NCBI GenBank assembly: GCA_046483495.1
Contig: JAWODC010000070.1
Span: 64,001-128,000 of the forward strand
Source: Desulfobacterales bacterium
GTDB taxonomy: Bacteria; Desulfobacterota; Desulfobacteria; Desulfobacterales; UBA5616
Reading direction: 5' to 3'
Length of the DNA: 64,000 bases
Shown: piece after piece, positions 47,288-57,840 of the stretch
Layout of the letters: the number at the start of each line of letters is the position of its first letter
Position numbering within the stretch: the first letter of the stretch is position 1
Notes under the pieces: generated by a model
What the model was told of the DNA's origin: nothing
The model's input: only the letters and a program-made list of their open reading frames with translations
Database searches by the model: none
Position numbers and translations under genes: made by a program

Positions 47288-49981
47288 TTATTCCTCTTCC
47301 CATATCGGCGCAATTCGAAAAAGGCCTTCTTTTGCCAGGGGTATCTTATTTTCCAGGTAGCTCTCCTTTGCACCCCCCGGAAGTGCAAATGCCATGTCAT
47401 ACCACCGTCCTTCAGCGGCAGGCCCCGGCAGGCTGAAACCGGCGGAAAAGGAAGCCACTGCAGCCGTGAGGTATTCAGCCAGCTTCTCCAGCGTGTTTTC
47501 CGGCTGATCGAGTGTCAGCATACAGTCGGGGTTACGCGTATACAGCAGGCGTGCTTCCACTTCGGGTCGGGTGGAAATCAGCGCTTTGACCGCATAGGCG
47601 TACAGGCATCGCTGAAGCTCGGACCCGCCATCGAGCTGCGGCGGCTTGCTCCTGGGCCTGCCGGACTTGTAATCGGTGACACGGGCCTTGAGGCGGTCCG
47701 CAGAGAGGTCCAACCGGTCTATGGAGCCGCCGATGAATATGCCGGTGCCGTCAATGATGACGGGGGCCAGGGGATCCCATGGCAGATCGGATCGGGAGGC
47801 ATCATCGAGCAGCCGGGCGCGCCGGTCGCCGCCGAAAGGGATTTCCGCCCAGCTTTGCTGGCCGGGCAGCGGTTCTTCCTCGTACAGCAGGGCGGTTTCG
47901 GCCAGTTCCATGGCCTCTGCAATCTTGCGCTGCCAGACGATCGGCGGCGGTACGGGAAAGTGCCTCTCCCATGAAGCCGTTACTCGTTCTGCGGCGTCTG
48001 ATACGGCTTTAGAGATACCGGCAAACGAAGCCCGTGCAAAACCGCCTTTTTGTGAAGCTTCCAATCGGTCGATGCATTCCTGTAAAATTTCATGCAGCAG
48101 GTTGCCGAAAGAAGCGGCATCGAGTTTCATCGGCTCGTCCAACTCCCGGGGTTCAGACCAGCCGAAGCCGTATGTCCAGAGATACCCCAGCGGGTCACGC
48201 AGCAATTTTACAAGTGAGGACGCCGACTGAATCCGGTCCAGTGCCCGCAGAAGAAGAGGATGATGAGAAGGCATCAAACCATCGTGAGGGGTAAGCTGTT
48301 CCCGGTGCCAATCGATCCATGCCGTCCCGGCCGACCGGGCCACCGGCATTTTGGAAAACTCGGCGGGTCGCGCAAAGAGACGGTCCGTAACGCCGGCGGC
48401 ATGCTCCGGTTTCCGGCTCTGGGCCAGGTGAATCTCCCGAACTTCTCGGGGATAGAGCGGCGAAATGCCGCACATGCGGCCTTCACTGTCCCGCCGGGGC
48501 CTCGAGCAGACCAGTTCCCGTGATGTCAGGGCGCAAATGGATTCGAAGTCGCGCCCATCGGCGATGTGAACGGGAAGGGGGTTGAGCCTTTCACCGGGAA
48601 TGATATGGTCCGGCAGCAGCGGATCTTCACCCGCTCTTCGAGGCCATGACCGCATGGTCAAGCCCACCAGCCATACCAGCGGCCTGGGCTCGGCGGCAAG
48701 GGCCGATGCCGGCGTCCAAACGACCGACGTTTCGGGTTCCCGGTTGTCGTCTACCCGGAGTCCGGCGAGGGTTACATCCAGAGCCGCTGCAGGACCCCGG
48801 GTCAGGGCTTTTTGCCAGATGGCCCCCGCCCGGCCTGTCAACAAACGTTGGCCGATTTCCGCGGCGTCGCCGATTCCCTTGGTGATGGTTGCGATGAGGT
48901 TCGACAGCAAAGCCCGGTGATCGGCCCCATCCGGAAAATCTTCCGGCTGAATCGCGTCAATCTCGTTTTTCCATCGGTTTGCATCGAGTAATGGGGCGTT
49001 TTCGGGCAGTGGCCGCCACCAGGTTCCGGGCAGATCCGCGAACTGCGGATTATGTAATCTCAAAAGCGCAACGAGCCTTATCATGCGGGTTCTGGAAAAT
49101 CCGCGCAGCAGGATTTCGGCAAGGGCCGCCGCCAGCTGGCCCTCGGACGTTGAAAGGGCGGCATGGCCGTGCACGAAATGAATCGGCAGGTTGGTTGCCT
49201 CTACCATTGCGAGCATATGATCATCCCAAGGTTCGGGAAATGCAGCGGCGATGGCGATGTCATCGGGACGGGCGCCTTCCGATAAGTGCCGCCGGGTCCA
49301 TCGAACGGCTTCCACGATTTCATGGTGCGGGCCGGCGCAGGATACGGCGCTGACGGCCGGGTTTTCCGGCCTGCTTGTCTGTACGGCTATGCCGTCCGCC
49401 TGCCGCACCCATTCCGGTAATTGGCGGGCCCCGGCTGCCCAGGTGACCCGTGTGTATTTGGCCAGGGCGAACAGAAGAGGCCTCCAGACCGGCGGCAGCT
49501 CGGTGTGTCCAAGAATATCGATCGGCCCGAAAATCGCGTTTCCAAATCGAGCCCGTTTCAGGGCAGCCGCCGTGAGATCCGACGGGCGCAGCTGATTCGA
49601 CGGCAGAAGCTTCAGCACCCGCCGCTCCAGGGCAATCAGCGATTCGAACCGGGCCGCAGCCGCAGGATCCGTTGTGTTCGCTGTTTCTTCATTCAAATCC
49701 AGGCCGGCAAGCCAAACTTTCCACAGCGTCGATGCCGCAGCCCGCTGAAATCCGGGCAGCCGCTTAATGCCGTCAAGTATTCCCAACGGCGCCAAAAGTG
49801 CCGTTGAAACGGCATTATGGAGGTCATCCGGGTCGACAGGCCGCAGAAATCCGCCGGCCAACCGCGCGGCCATTTGATCGATGGAGAGAATTTGAACGCC
49901 ATGCGTCGCCCCGGCGGCGGCGCGGGTGCGCCGGGTGCGCCAGGCATGCCGGGTATGGATGAGAATCGTTTTTCGGAGCAT
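47288..49981 (-). CDS. AddB-like protein with degenerate helicase-like body and C-terminal PD-(D/E)XK nuclease
   Basis: Probable start ATG 49981 (MLRKTIL); SAS.L..L..DP..Y, FGNLLHEIL, AEIPFG, GSIDRLD, TDYKSG, LQRCLY motifs. Confidence 0.8.
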   Translation of the reverse strand: MLRKTILIHTRHAWRTRRTRAAAGATHGVQILSIDQMAARLAGGFLRPVDPDDLHNAVSTALLAPLGILDGIKRLPGFQRAAASTLWKVWLAGLDLNEETANTTDPAAAARFESLIALERRVLKLLPSNQLRPSDLTAAALKRARFGNAIFGPIDILGHTELPPVWRPLLFALAKYTRVTWAAGARQLPEWVRQADGIAVQTSRPENPAVSAVSCAGPHHEIVEAVRWTRRHLSEGARPDDIAIAAAFPEPWDDHMLAMVEATNLPIHFVHGHAALSTSEGQLAAALAEILLRGFSRTRMIRLVALLRLHNPQFADLPGTWWRPLPENAPLLDANRWKNEIDAIQPEDFPDGADHRALLSNLIATITKGIGDAAEIGQRLLTGRAGAIWQKALTRGPAAALDVTLAGLRVDDNREPETSVVWTPASALAAEPRPLVWLVGLTMRSWPRRAGEDPLLPDHIIPGERLNPLPVHIADGRDFESICALTSRELVCSRPRRDSEGRMCGISPLYPREVREIHLAQSRKPEHAAGVTDRLFARPAEFSKMPVARSAGTAWIDWHREQLTPHDGLMPSHHPLLLRALDRIQSASSLVKLLRDPLGYLWTYGFGWSEPRELDEPMKLDAASFGNLLHEILQECIDRLEASQKGGFARASFAGISKAVSDAAERVTASWERHFPVPPPIVWQRKIAEAMELAETALLYEEEPLPGQQSWAEIPFGGDRRARLLDDASRSDLPWDPLAPVIIDGTGIFIGGSIDRLDLSADRLKARVTDYKSGRPRSKPPQLDGGSELQRCLYAYAVKALISTRPEVEARLLYTRNPDCMLTLDQPENTLEKLAEYLTAAVASFSAGFSLPGPAAEGRWYDMAFALPGGAKESYLENKIPLAKEGLFRIAPIWEEE

Positions 49982-50123
49982 TTGGAAACAAACGCGTTTT
50001 TCGCAAGCAAATACCCGCAATCGGCGGGTGGGTCAGCGGTTCGGCACTATGAGACCGTCTTTAGTATATTTAATGGATTTGCGCAAGTTTTTCGCTCTTT
50101 TACGAACAGTAAAGATGAACCAT

Positions 50124-50162
50124 AAAAAAAAGGGGCTGCAAGCTTATTGCCTGCAACCCCTT
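50124..50162 (-). terminator. Intrinsic terminator downstream of tRNA-Gln
   Basis: Minus strand AGGGGTTGCAGGC-AATAA-GCTTGCAGCCCCT followed by a T run. Confidence 0.75.
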
Positions 50163-50172
50163 GATTTCTTTA

Positions 50173-50246
50173 TGGCTGAGGGACCAGGATTCGAACCTGG
50201 ATTAACGGGGCCAGAACCCGTCGTCCTGCCGTTAGACGATCCCCCA
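50173..50246 (-). tRNA. tRNA-Gln (anticodon CTG)
   Basis: TGGGGGATCGTCTAACGGCAGGACGACGGGTTCTGGCCCCGTTAATCCAGGTTCGAATCCTGGTCCCTCAGCCA: cloverleaf, GTTCGAAT T-loop, encoded CCA. Confidence 0.95.
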
Positions 50247-50319
50247 GCAGGTGAAATTCCTACATTTAAATTTATCTTTTTACATAAAGCCGGAAATCGA
50301 GTCAAGGAAAAACAGGCGA

Positions 50320-51723
50320 TTAACGCCGCTTTTCGATGAATTCGATCGCTTTGTTCAGACGATGAACCGTTCTTTCTTTTCCCAATACCTCGATGATTTC
50401 AAATATGCCCGGACTTGCCGTTTTCCCGGTCAGAGCGACGCGAACCGGTTGGGCGATCTTGCCGAGCTTCAGGCCGGTTTCGGCCATAACCTGCCGAAAC
50501 AGGTCTTCAAGCGCTGCTTCAGTGAACGGCGCCATATTCGCGATGCCTTTGGCCAAAAGATCCATTGGCGCGGCGGTCTCAGGCTTGAGAAATTTATCGG
50601 CCGCTTTTTCCTCGTAGCGAATGTCATCCTTAAAATAAAACGCAGCCCCCTCCGCCATTTCGACAAGTGTTTTGCTGCGGGGTTGAAGGGTTTGGATGAC
50701 CTTGACGAGATAATCCCCCTCTTTTGCCGAAAAGCCCTTGTCCAGGAGGAACGGCAGCAACGGTTTTTGCAGCCGTTCCGGGCGGGCCGCCTGGATGTGA
50801 TCGGCATTCAAGGCCAACAGCTTTTCCGGATTGAATATACCCGCTGATTTTCCGATATTTTCCAGGGAAAATTTTTCGATGAGCTCGGTAACAGTGAAAA
50901 ATTCCTGGTCCCCGTAGGACCAGCCCAACCGGACGAGATAATTCAGCAGCGCTTCGGGAAGGTATCCCATATCCCGGTACGCTGTTACCGACATGGCTCC
51001 GTGGCGCTTGCTCAGGCGGGTTCGATCGCTTCCCAGGACCATGGGAACATGGCCGTACACCGGCAAAGCCTCACCTAAACCCCCGTACAGCAGAATCTGT
51101 TTGGGTGTATTGTTGACGTGATCGTCTCCGCGAATGATCGTATTGATTTTCATCGTAATATCATCCACCACCACCGCCAAATGATACGTCGGTGTGCCGT
51201 CGCTCCGCTGAATGATGAAATCGTCGATTTCCGTGTTCTGAAAAACGATAGGGCCTTTAATGACGTCATTGATCGTGGTGGTCCCGGCAAGAGGCGCCTT
51301 GAATCGGACCACCGCATCAGGGCTTTGCTCAAGGCATTTTTCGCGGCAGGTACCATCGTATTTGGGCTTTGTTCCCTCTGCCATGGCTTTTTGGCGCATT
51401 GCCTCGAGCTTTTCAACAGAACAGGTGCAGTAATACGCATGGCCGGACGCGACAAGCTTTTGAATATACTCCCGGTAAAGCTCGAATCGTTGGGATTGAA
51501 ACCAGGGGCCCTCATCCCAGTCGATGCCCAACCATGTCAGGGCATCGAAAATGGCGTCAACGGATTCTTTGGTGGAGCGCCGGACATCCGTGTCTTCGAT
51601 CCGCAGCACAAAACGGCCGTTCATGTGGCGGGCATACAGCCAATTGAAAAGCGCGGTTCGGGCGCCGCCGATATGCAGATAACCCGTAGGGCTTGGAGGA
51701 AACCGGGTAATTACTTTTTCCAT
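50320..51723 (-). CDS. gltX: Glutamate--tRNA ligase
   Basis: RFPPSPTGYLHIGG (HIGH), LRIEDTD, IRGDDH, LSKRHG (KMSKS-like). Confidence 0.97.
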   Translation of the reverse strand: MEKVITRFPPSPTGYLHIGGARTALFNWLYARHMNGRFVLRIEDTDVRRSTKESVDAIFDALTWLGIDWDEGPWFQSQRFELYREYIQKLVASGHAYYCTCSVEKLEAMRQKAMAEGTKPKYDGTCREKCLEQSPDAVVRFKAPLAGTTTINDVIKGPIVFQNTEIDDFIIQRSDGTPTYHLAVVVDDITMKINTIIRGDDHVNNTPKQILLYGGLGEALPVYGHVPMVLGSDRTRLSKRHGAMSVTAYRDMGYLPEALLNYLVRLGWSYGDQEFFTVTELIEKFSLENIGKSAGIFNPEKLLALNADHIQAARPERLQKPLLPFLLDKGFSAKEGDYLVKVIQTLQPRSKTLVEMAEGAAFYFKDDIRYEEKAADKFLKPETAAPMDLLAKGIANMAPFTEAALEDLFRQVMAETGLKLGKIAQPVRVALTGKTASPGIFEIIEVLGKERTVHRLNKAIEFIEKRR

Positions 51724-52179
51724 TTTAACAATTCCCGTTTATACACCTAGTTTTTTAAAGTCAATTAAGGTATCAAAAAATGCATAGCTTAATGAATTTT
51801 ATTGATTTAATCAAATTAAAATACCTTAATTTATGTTAAGTTATTAGTAATAATATATGTCTTTTCGCCGGGCTTGGTAAAAGATGTTCGCCCTAAGCTG
51901 AAAACATCATAGAAATTCGGAAATAATTCTGTCAATATAAAGCCCGATCACTTTGTTATAAAAAATATTTAAAATTCAAATAATTAAAAAAGTTACGGGG
52001 GCTTTTTCTCCCAATAGGTGGACTTCATTACCATATCCTTGAATCAAGTTCAATAGTGGGAAATTTTTCGGATAAAATTCTTGACTTTGCCCACGTTTTA
52101 AATTACTAAACAGTAACTTTTGTTAAGATAGTTAAATCAAACTTATTCATCACTATTACAAATAGTTAGGAGATTACTT

Positions 52180-52359
52180 ATGCCATTGCCAAAGCGGAAA
52201 ACTTCCAAATCGAAACGGGACAAGCGCCGGACCCACCAAAAAACGAGCGCTCCTAACGTGACCCGGTGTCCCCAATGCGGAGAATCACGGCTCCCGCATC
52301 ACGCGTGCCCAAGCTGCGGAACCTACAAAGGCCGTAGTGTCGCCGAAACGGAGGAATAG
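52180..52359 (+). CDS. rpmF: 50S ribosomal protein L32
   Basis: Not in the ORF track. MPLPKRKTSKSKRDKRRTH...CPQCGE..LPHHACPSCGTYKGR, 59 aa; AGGAG RBS. Confidence 0.95.
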   Translation: MPLPKRKTSKSKRDKRRTHQKTSAPNVTRCPQCGESRLPHHACPSCGTYKGRSVAETEE

Positions 52360-52397
52360 CTGCAAAATCCATTTTTTGAGAACGGCATTTTCAGACC

Positions 52398-52415
52398 TTT
52401 TCTGGATGGACACTA
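52398..52415. repeat. Solo right-hand terminal repeat of the hairpin element
   Basis: TTTTCTGGATGGACACTA matches the copy C right end ATTTATGGATGGACACTA at 16 of 18 positions. Confidence 0.6.
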
Positions 52416-52438
52416 CCAGAAATGATTACGGAGATCAC

Positions 52439-53185
52439 ATGTCTGACAGCGAACAGCGGATCATTGTCGTCACCGGAGGCTCTCGCGGCATCGGCCGAGC
52501 TCTTTGTCTCGCCTTTTCCGATCGGAAGTCCCGGGTGTTTTTCAATTATGCCGCTTCAGATTCAGCGGCAAGGGAAACAGAACATCGGGCTGCAGAAAAG
52601 GGAGGGTATGCCCAGGGTGTTCGAGCCGACGTTTCAACGGAGGAGGACGTAGCCGGTTTCGTCAAACACGTTTTGGATGTCGCCGGCAGAATCGATGTGC
52701 TGGTCAATAATGCGGGCGTCACCCGGGACGGGCTTCTCGTTCGAATGAAGGAAAGCGATTGGAGCGAGGTCATCGATACGAATTTAAAAGGAGCCTTTTT
52801 TTGCATGAAGGCGGTCGCGAAACCGATGATGAAGCAGCGATACGGCCGAATCATCAACATGACCTCCGTGGTCGGCGTCAGCGGCAATCCCGGCCAGGCC
52901 AATTACGTGGCTTCGAAAGCAGGCATTATCGGACTGACCAAGGCGGCGGCAAAGGAGCTTGCCGGTCGGGGAATCACCGTAAATGCCGTTGCGCCGGGAT
53001 TTGTCGAGACGGAAATGACCCGGGAATTGCCGGAAAAGGCCAGGCAGGCGATGATCGAGCAGATCCCCGTGGGTAGAGCAGCCGTTCCGGAAGATATCGC
53101 CCCGGTAGTGGTATTTCTCGCTTCGGCGGAGGCATCCTATATTACGGGGCAAGTCATTCAGGTAAACGGCGGAATGTATATGTAA
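52439..53185 (+). CDS. fabG: 3-oxoacyl-ACP reductase
   Basis: Start ATG 52439; TGGSRGIG, NNAGVTRD, GNPGQANYVASK, VNGGMYM; precedes acpP-fabF. Confidence 0.93.
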   Translation: MSDSEQRIIVVTGGSRGIGRALCLAFSDRKSRVFFNYAASDSAARETEHRAAEKGGYAQGVRADVSTEEDVAGFVKHVLDVAGRIDVLVNNAGVTRDGLLVRMKESDWSEVIDTNLKGAFFCMKAVAKPMMKQRYGRIINMTSVVGVSGNPGQANYVASKAGIIGLTKAAAKELAGRGITVNAVAPGFVETEMTRELPEKARQAMIEQIPVGRAAVPEDIAPVVVFLASAEASYITGQVIQVNGGMYM

Positions 53186-53212
53186 ACGAGTTGGAAAAAA
53201 GGAGAAGGATTC

Positions 53213-53440
53213 ATGTCGATTGAAGATAAAATTCGGAAGATTATTGCGGAAAAACTGAGTGTCGAAGCGAGTGAAGTGGTGCCCGAGGCGAGTTTTGTGG
53301 ATGACCTTGGAGCGGATTCCCTGGACCTTGTGGAGCTGGTCATGACGATGGAGGAAGAGTTCGATGTTGATATATCCGATGAAGACGCCGAACAGCTCGT
53401 TACGGTTCAAGACGCCATCAACTTTGTGAAATCGCTTTAG
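53213..53440 (+). CDS. acpP: Acyl carrier protein
   Basis: [12 protein letters not shown] motif. Confidence 0.97.
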   Translation: MSIEDKIRKIIAEKLSVEASEVVPEASFVDDLGADSLDLVELVMTMEEEFDVDISDEDAEQLVTVQDAINFVKSL

Positions 53441-53560
53441 TGTGCATCCATCCGGGAATGAAGCCACGTGATACTGGTCGAGACGAACACGAATTTTACC
53501 TGCATAGGTTCTTTGTCCGACGAAAACACGGAGCGAGTCAGCCGTTTCCGGATAGGAGTT
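53438..53560. repeat. Degenerate, centrally deleted copy of the hairpin repeat between acpP and fabF
   Basis: CCATCCGGGAATGA..GGTCGAGACGAAC..AATTTTACCTGCA and CCGACGAAAACACGGAGCGAGTCAGCCGTTTCCGGAT align with copy A. Confidence 0.6.
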
Positions 53561-53625
53561 TGTTTGGCAGTTGCGTATACATCAGGTGCCTGTGGTTGCC
53601 GCAGGCACCTGACAGACGATAGGAG

Positions 53626-54873
53626 GTGTTTTTGGTAAGGCGTGTGGTAATAACCGGTGTGGGATTGGTGACGCCCTTGGGTACAGGTGTGGAAAAAACC
53701 TGGTCCGCATTATGCGCGGGCAAATCCGGTATCGGCGAAATCACGAAATTCGATGCATCCGATTTGGATACGCGTATTGCAGCCGAAGTCCTGGATTTCA
53801 ATGCGGAAGATTTTCTTCCCAGAAAAGATTCCAGGCGAACGGAAAGTTTCATCGCTTTTGCCGTGGCCGCCGGCCGAATGGCATTGGAGGACGCCGGGCT
53901 GACCATCGATGCCGGAAATCAAGACCGGGTGGGCGTTATCACCGGCTGCGGCCTTGGCGGCCTGGCCATGCTGGAAAAAACATTCGATATTATCTCCAAG
54001 AAGGGCCCAAAGCGGGTGAGCCCTTTTTTTATTCCCATGATCATCGGAAATATGGCCCCGGGTATGATGTCCATTTACCTGGGTGCAAAGGGACCGAATT
54101 CTTCCATTGCAACGGCTTGCGCGGCGGGTACTCACGCCATCGGTGAGGCCTATGAAATCGTCAAAACCGGCGCTGCCGACGCCATGATTGCCGGCGGGGT
54201 GGAATCCACAATCACCAAAACCGGAATTGCGGGCTTTAACGCTATGAAGGCCTTGTCCACACGTAACCATGAACCGCAAAAATCCTCCCGGCCCTTTGAC
54301 CGGGAGCGAGACGGGTTTGTGGTGGGTGAAGGCAGCGGCATGCTGATCCTCGAACCTCTGGAATCGGCTCTGGAGCGTGGCGCTGACATCTATGCTGAAA
54401 TACTTGGTTTCGGAATGAGTGGTGACGGTTACCACATGACGGCGCCGGCCCCGGACGGGGAGGGAGCGGTACGGTGCATGGCGGCTGCCTTGAAGGATGC
54501 GGGACTCGCCTGCGACAGGGTCGACTATATCAATGCGCATGGCACATCCACCCAGCTCAATGATGTGTATGAAACCAAGGCCATTAAAACGGTATTCAAG
54601 GACCATGCAAAGGCGCTTCCCATCAGTTCGACCAAATCCATGACCGGCCATTTGCTCGGGGGCGCCGGAGGGGTGGAGACGGTGTTTACGGCACTCACCA
54701 TCAAAGAAGGAGTGATTCCGCCCACCATCAACCTGGACGTCCCGGATGAAGAATGTGATCTGGATTATGTACCCCATACGGCCCGCAGAGCGGACGTGAA
54801 TATTGCCATGAGCAACTCTTTCGGATTCGGCGGCACCAACGGGACGTTAATCCTCGGAAAATATATTGCATAA
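53626..54873 (+). CDS. fabF: 3-oxoacyl-ACP synthase II
   Basis: RRVVITG, TACAAG, SRPFD, NAHGTST, GHLLG, NSFGFGGTN. Confidence 0.95.
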   Translation: MFLVRRVVITGVGLVTPLGTGVEKTWSALCAGKSGIGEITKFDASDLDTRIAAEVLDFNAEDFLPRKDSRRTESFIAFAVAAGRMALEDAGLTIDAGNQDRVGVITGCGLGGLAMLEKTFDIISKKGPKRVSPFFIPMIIGNMAPGMMSIYLGAKGPNSSIATACAAGTHAIGEAYEIVKTGAADAMIAGGVESTITKTGIAGFNAMKALSTRNHEPQKSSRPFDRERDGFVVGEGSGMLILEPLESALERGADIYAEILGFGMSGDGYHMTAPAPDGEGAVRCMAAALKDAGLACDRVDYINAHGTSTQLNDVYETKAIKTVFKDHAKALPISSTKSMTGHLLGGAGGVETVFTALTIKEGVIPPTINLDVPDEECDLDYVPHTARRADVNIAMSNSFGFGGTNGTLILGKYIA

Positions 54874-55094
54874 TCGATTGCAGAGGAGCCTGCGCATGTG
54901 ACGTCGATGCTGCGCCGCCATTTTCGACGAATTATCATGAAGCAGGCGGTCCGCCGCCGCCTTTACCACAAGCAGGATTTTCCCGATCGAGGAATTTCCT
55001 GTTTTTTTTCTTGCGGTAATCAAAATATCTATTTATAAAAAAGATTTACCTATAAAAGCCTGAATGTATATATCGGCAGTGAGGATGCAGGTGG

Positions 55095-55550
55095 ATGATG
55101 GATGTGAAAAAGGCTCCCGTGGTTATCGGATGCGATCATGCGGCGTATCCCTTGAAAGAGATGATTAAAGCGCTTCTGGTGGAAATGGGAATTCCCGTAG
55201 AGGATGTGGGAACCTACGGTACGGAGTCGGTGGATTATCCCGATTATGCACTCAAAGCGGCGGCCCTGGTTTCGGAAAAAAAATTCGAACGCGGCATTTT
55301 GTTGTGTGGAACCGGGCTTGGCATGTCCATGGCCGCCAACCGGTTCAAGCATGTACGGGCGGCTCTTTGCACGGGTCTTTTCTCGGCCGCCATGAGCCGC
55401 AGGCACAATGATGCCAACGTGCTGGTTCTCGGCGGTCGGGTTACCGGCGTGGACTTAGCCCTTGAAATCGTTCGGGTATGGCTGACCACACCCTTTGAGG
55501 GAGGCCGCCATCGAAAGCGAATCGACAAATTCGACGGGATTGGGAAGTAG
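55095..55550 (+). CDS. rpiB: Ribose-5-phosphate isomerase B
   Basis: GCDHA, SVDYPD, CGTGLG, HNDAN, FEGGRH. Confidence 0.95.
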   Translation: MMDVKKAPVVIGCDHAAYPLKEMIKALLVEMGIPVEDVGTYGTESVDYPDYALKAAALVSEKKFERGILLCGTGLGMSMAANRFKHVRAALCTGLFSAAMSRRHNDANVLVLGGRVTGVDLALEIVRVWLTTPFEGGRHRKRIDKFDGIGK

Positions 55551-55634
55551 TAAGACGATTGCAAAAAAGCTCTACAGCAACCGTAGCTATGCATTTGCCT
55601 CGTATCACCCAACCCGCAAACCGAAGGAAGAACA

Positions 55635-56888
55635 TTGGACACGAAACTGATTGAGAGAATAGATCCGGAGATCGCCCATGCCCTGAAAATGGAAAATGAG
55701 CGGCAGGAAAACACATTGGAGTTGATTGCATCGGAAAACATCGCCGGACCCGCGGTAATGGCTGTTCAGGGCAGCCTGATGACCAACAAGTATGCGGAAG
55801 GGTATCCGAACAAACGGTATTACGGCGGGTGTGAATACGTTGATGTGGCGGAGCAGCTGGCCATATCGCGCGCCAAGGCGCTTTTTGGAGCAGAATATGC
55901 AAATGTGCAACCCCATTCCGGTTCCCAGGCGAACATGGCGGTTTATTTCTCCCTGCTGAATCTGAAAGATACGGTCCTCGGCATGGACCTCGCTCACGGA
56001 GGCCATTTAACGCATGGAAGCCCGGCAAGCTTCAGTGGAAAATTTTTCAATTTCGTACATTACGGCGTAAAAAAGGAGACCGGCCGAATCGATTATGAAC
56101 AGGTGGCCCGGCTTGCCGAGACCCACCGGCCGAAACTGATCATCGCGGGAGCCAGCGCATACCCGCGGATCATCGATTTCAGTGCGTTTTCCGACATTGC
56201 ACGCTCCGTCGACGCTTATTTTATGGTCGATATGGCCCATATCGCGGGTCTGGTGGCGGCGGGCTGTCATCCGTCTCCCGTCCCTTTTGCCGATGTGGTC
56301 ACCTCTACCACGCACAAAACCCTCAAGGGCCCCCGGGGAGGATTGATACTGGCAAAACAGGCCTTTGCCGACAGGCTCAACAAGGAAATTTTCCCCGGCA
56401 TTCAGGGTGGACCGCTGATGCACATTATTGCGGCAAAAGCGTTGGCTTTCAAGGAGGCCCAGTCAGACGGCTTCAAGGATTACCAGGCCCAGGTGGTGAA
56501 GAATGCCGCCAGGCTTTCAGAGCACCTGATGAATTTCGGCGTTTCCCTGGTTTCGGGCGGAACGGACAACCACATGATGCTGGCGGATCTCAGCGGCTTC
56601 AACATTACCGGAAAGGATGCCCAGGATGTTTTGGGCAGGGCCGGCATCACGGTCAACAAAAATGCCGTTCCTTTTGAAACGAGAAGCCCATTTGTCACCA
56701 GCGGCATTCGCCTGGGGACACCGACCTTGACCTCGCGGGGAATGAAGGAGCCGGAAATGGAACTGGTGGCTCGCCTTATCGTCGATGTGCTGACCCATCC
56801 CTCGGATGAGACGGTCGCAAAAAAAACGGCGCAGCGCGTCAGAGAATTGTGCCGCGCTTTTCCCCTCTATGCGGATGACGTTGAATAG
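55635..56888 (+). CDS. glyA: Serine hydroxymethyltransferase
   Basis: [38 protein letters not shown] start. Confidence 0.97.
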   Translation: MDTKLIERIDPEIAHALKMENERQENTLELIASENIAGPAVMAVQGSLMTNKYAEGYPNKRYYGGCEYVDVAEQLAISRAKALFGAEYANVQPHSGSQANMAVYFSLLNLKDTVLGMDLAHGGHLTHGSPASFSGKFFNFVHYGVKKETGRIDYEQVARLAETHRPKLIIAGASAYPRIIDFSAFSDIARSVDAYFMVDMAHIAGLVAAGCHPSPVPFADVVTSTTHKTLKGPRGGLILAKQAFADRLNKEIFPGIQGGPLMHIIAAKALAFKEAQSDGFKDYQAQVVKNAARLSEHLMNFGVSLVSGGTDNHMMLADLSGFNITGKDAQDVLGRAGITVNKNAVPFETRSPFVTSGIRLGTPTLTSRGMKEPEMELVARLIVDVLTHPSDETVAKKTAQRVRELCRAFPLYADDVE

Positions 56889-56899
56889 GAGGCGGTGGT

Positions 56900-57376
56900 A
56901 TGGGTGAAAAAGACGGCCGGCCGAATTGGGAAACCTATTTCATGGAAATCACGCGACTGGTGGCCAGGCGTTCCACCTGCATCAGGCGGGCGGTCGGCGC
57001 CGTCATCGTCAAGGATAAACGCATTTTATCGACCGGATACAACGGGGCCCCTTCCGGTATTCGGCATTGCCGTGAGGTGGGGTGCCTTCGGGATAAAATG
57101 AATATCGATTCAGGGCAGCGCCATGAACTTTGCCGCGGCATACATGCTGAGCAGAATGCCATTATTCAGGCGGCATACCATGGTGTTTCCATAAAAGGCG
57201 CGGATTTGTACTGCACCAACCTGCCCTGCATCATCTGCGCGAAGATGATTATCAATGCCGGTATTCGAACCATTTATTACGAATCCGGCTACGCCGATGA
57301 ACTGTCCCGGGAAATGCTGAATGAATCGGGTGTCCTCCTCACGCAAATTATCGTAGACAAGGAAAAGGTTGCCTAA
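56900..57376 (+). CDS. dCMP deaminase / ComEB-family zinc deaminase
   Basis: RSTC.RR.VGA, TGYNG, HAEQN, PC..C motifs. Confidence 0.9.
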   Translation: MGEKDGRPNWETYFMEITRLVARRSTCIRRAVGAVIVKDKRILSTGYNGAPSGIRHCREVGCLRDKMNIDSGQRHELCRGIHAEQNAIIQAAYHGVSIKGADLYCTNLPCIICAKMIINAGIRTIYYESGYADELSREMLNESGVLLTQIIVDKEKVA

Positions 57377-57840
57377 TGAGGTGTCCCTACTGCAGCGAAA
57401 TCGACAATAGAGTGATCGATTCGAGATTGAGCAAGGATGGAGGGGCCATACGCAGGCGGCGGGAATGTCTCAAATGCGAAAGGCGCTTTACTACGTATGA
57501 GCAGATCGAGGAAATGCCGCTCATGATCGTCAAGAAAGACGGCCGCCGTGAAGTCTTCAGCCGTGAAAAGGTGTTTTCCGGATTGATCAAAGCCTGCGAG
57601 AAGCGCAACATCAGCGTGAACAGCATCGAGGCTTTTTTGGACAAGCTCGAGCATGATTTGAAGGAATTGGGTGAAAAAGAAATCCCCTCCTCGGCGATAG
57701 GTGAAAAGGTTATCCATTGGCTGCAAGGCATCGATGATGTCGCCTACGTCCGGTTTGCATCGGTGTACCGGGAATTTAAGGATGTCAATGATTTTTTGGC
57801 GGAGCTGAAAAGCCTGCTTACCGATCAGAAATCCAAATGA
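57376..57840 (+). CDS. nrdR: Transcriptional repressor NrdR
   Basis: CPYC, VIDSR, RRRREC..C..RFTTYE, VAYVRFASVY. Confidence 0.97.
   Translation: MRCPYCSEIDNRVIDSRLSKDGGAIRRRRECLKCERRFTTYEQIEEMPLMIVKKDGRREVFSREKVFSGLIKACEKRNISVNSIEAFLDKLEHDLKELGEKEIPSSAIGEKVIHWLQGIDDVAYVRFASVYREFKDVNDFLAELKSLLTDQKSK

Noticed and set aside
50020..50246. Possible prophage or integrative element at tRNA-Gln
   Set aside because: No integrase, phage genes or duplicated tRNA 3' end (att site) found by eye in the window.
51724..52179. Very AT-rich 450-bp region as possible replication origin or ncRNA
   Set aside because: Only one imperfect DnaA-box-like word and no clear structure; adequately explained by the divergent gltX and rpmF promoters.
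54874..55634. Riboswitch upstream of rpiB or glyA (glycine/ZTP), or FMN riboswitch before the rib genes
   Set aside because: The conserved sequence cores of these riboswitches were not found.
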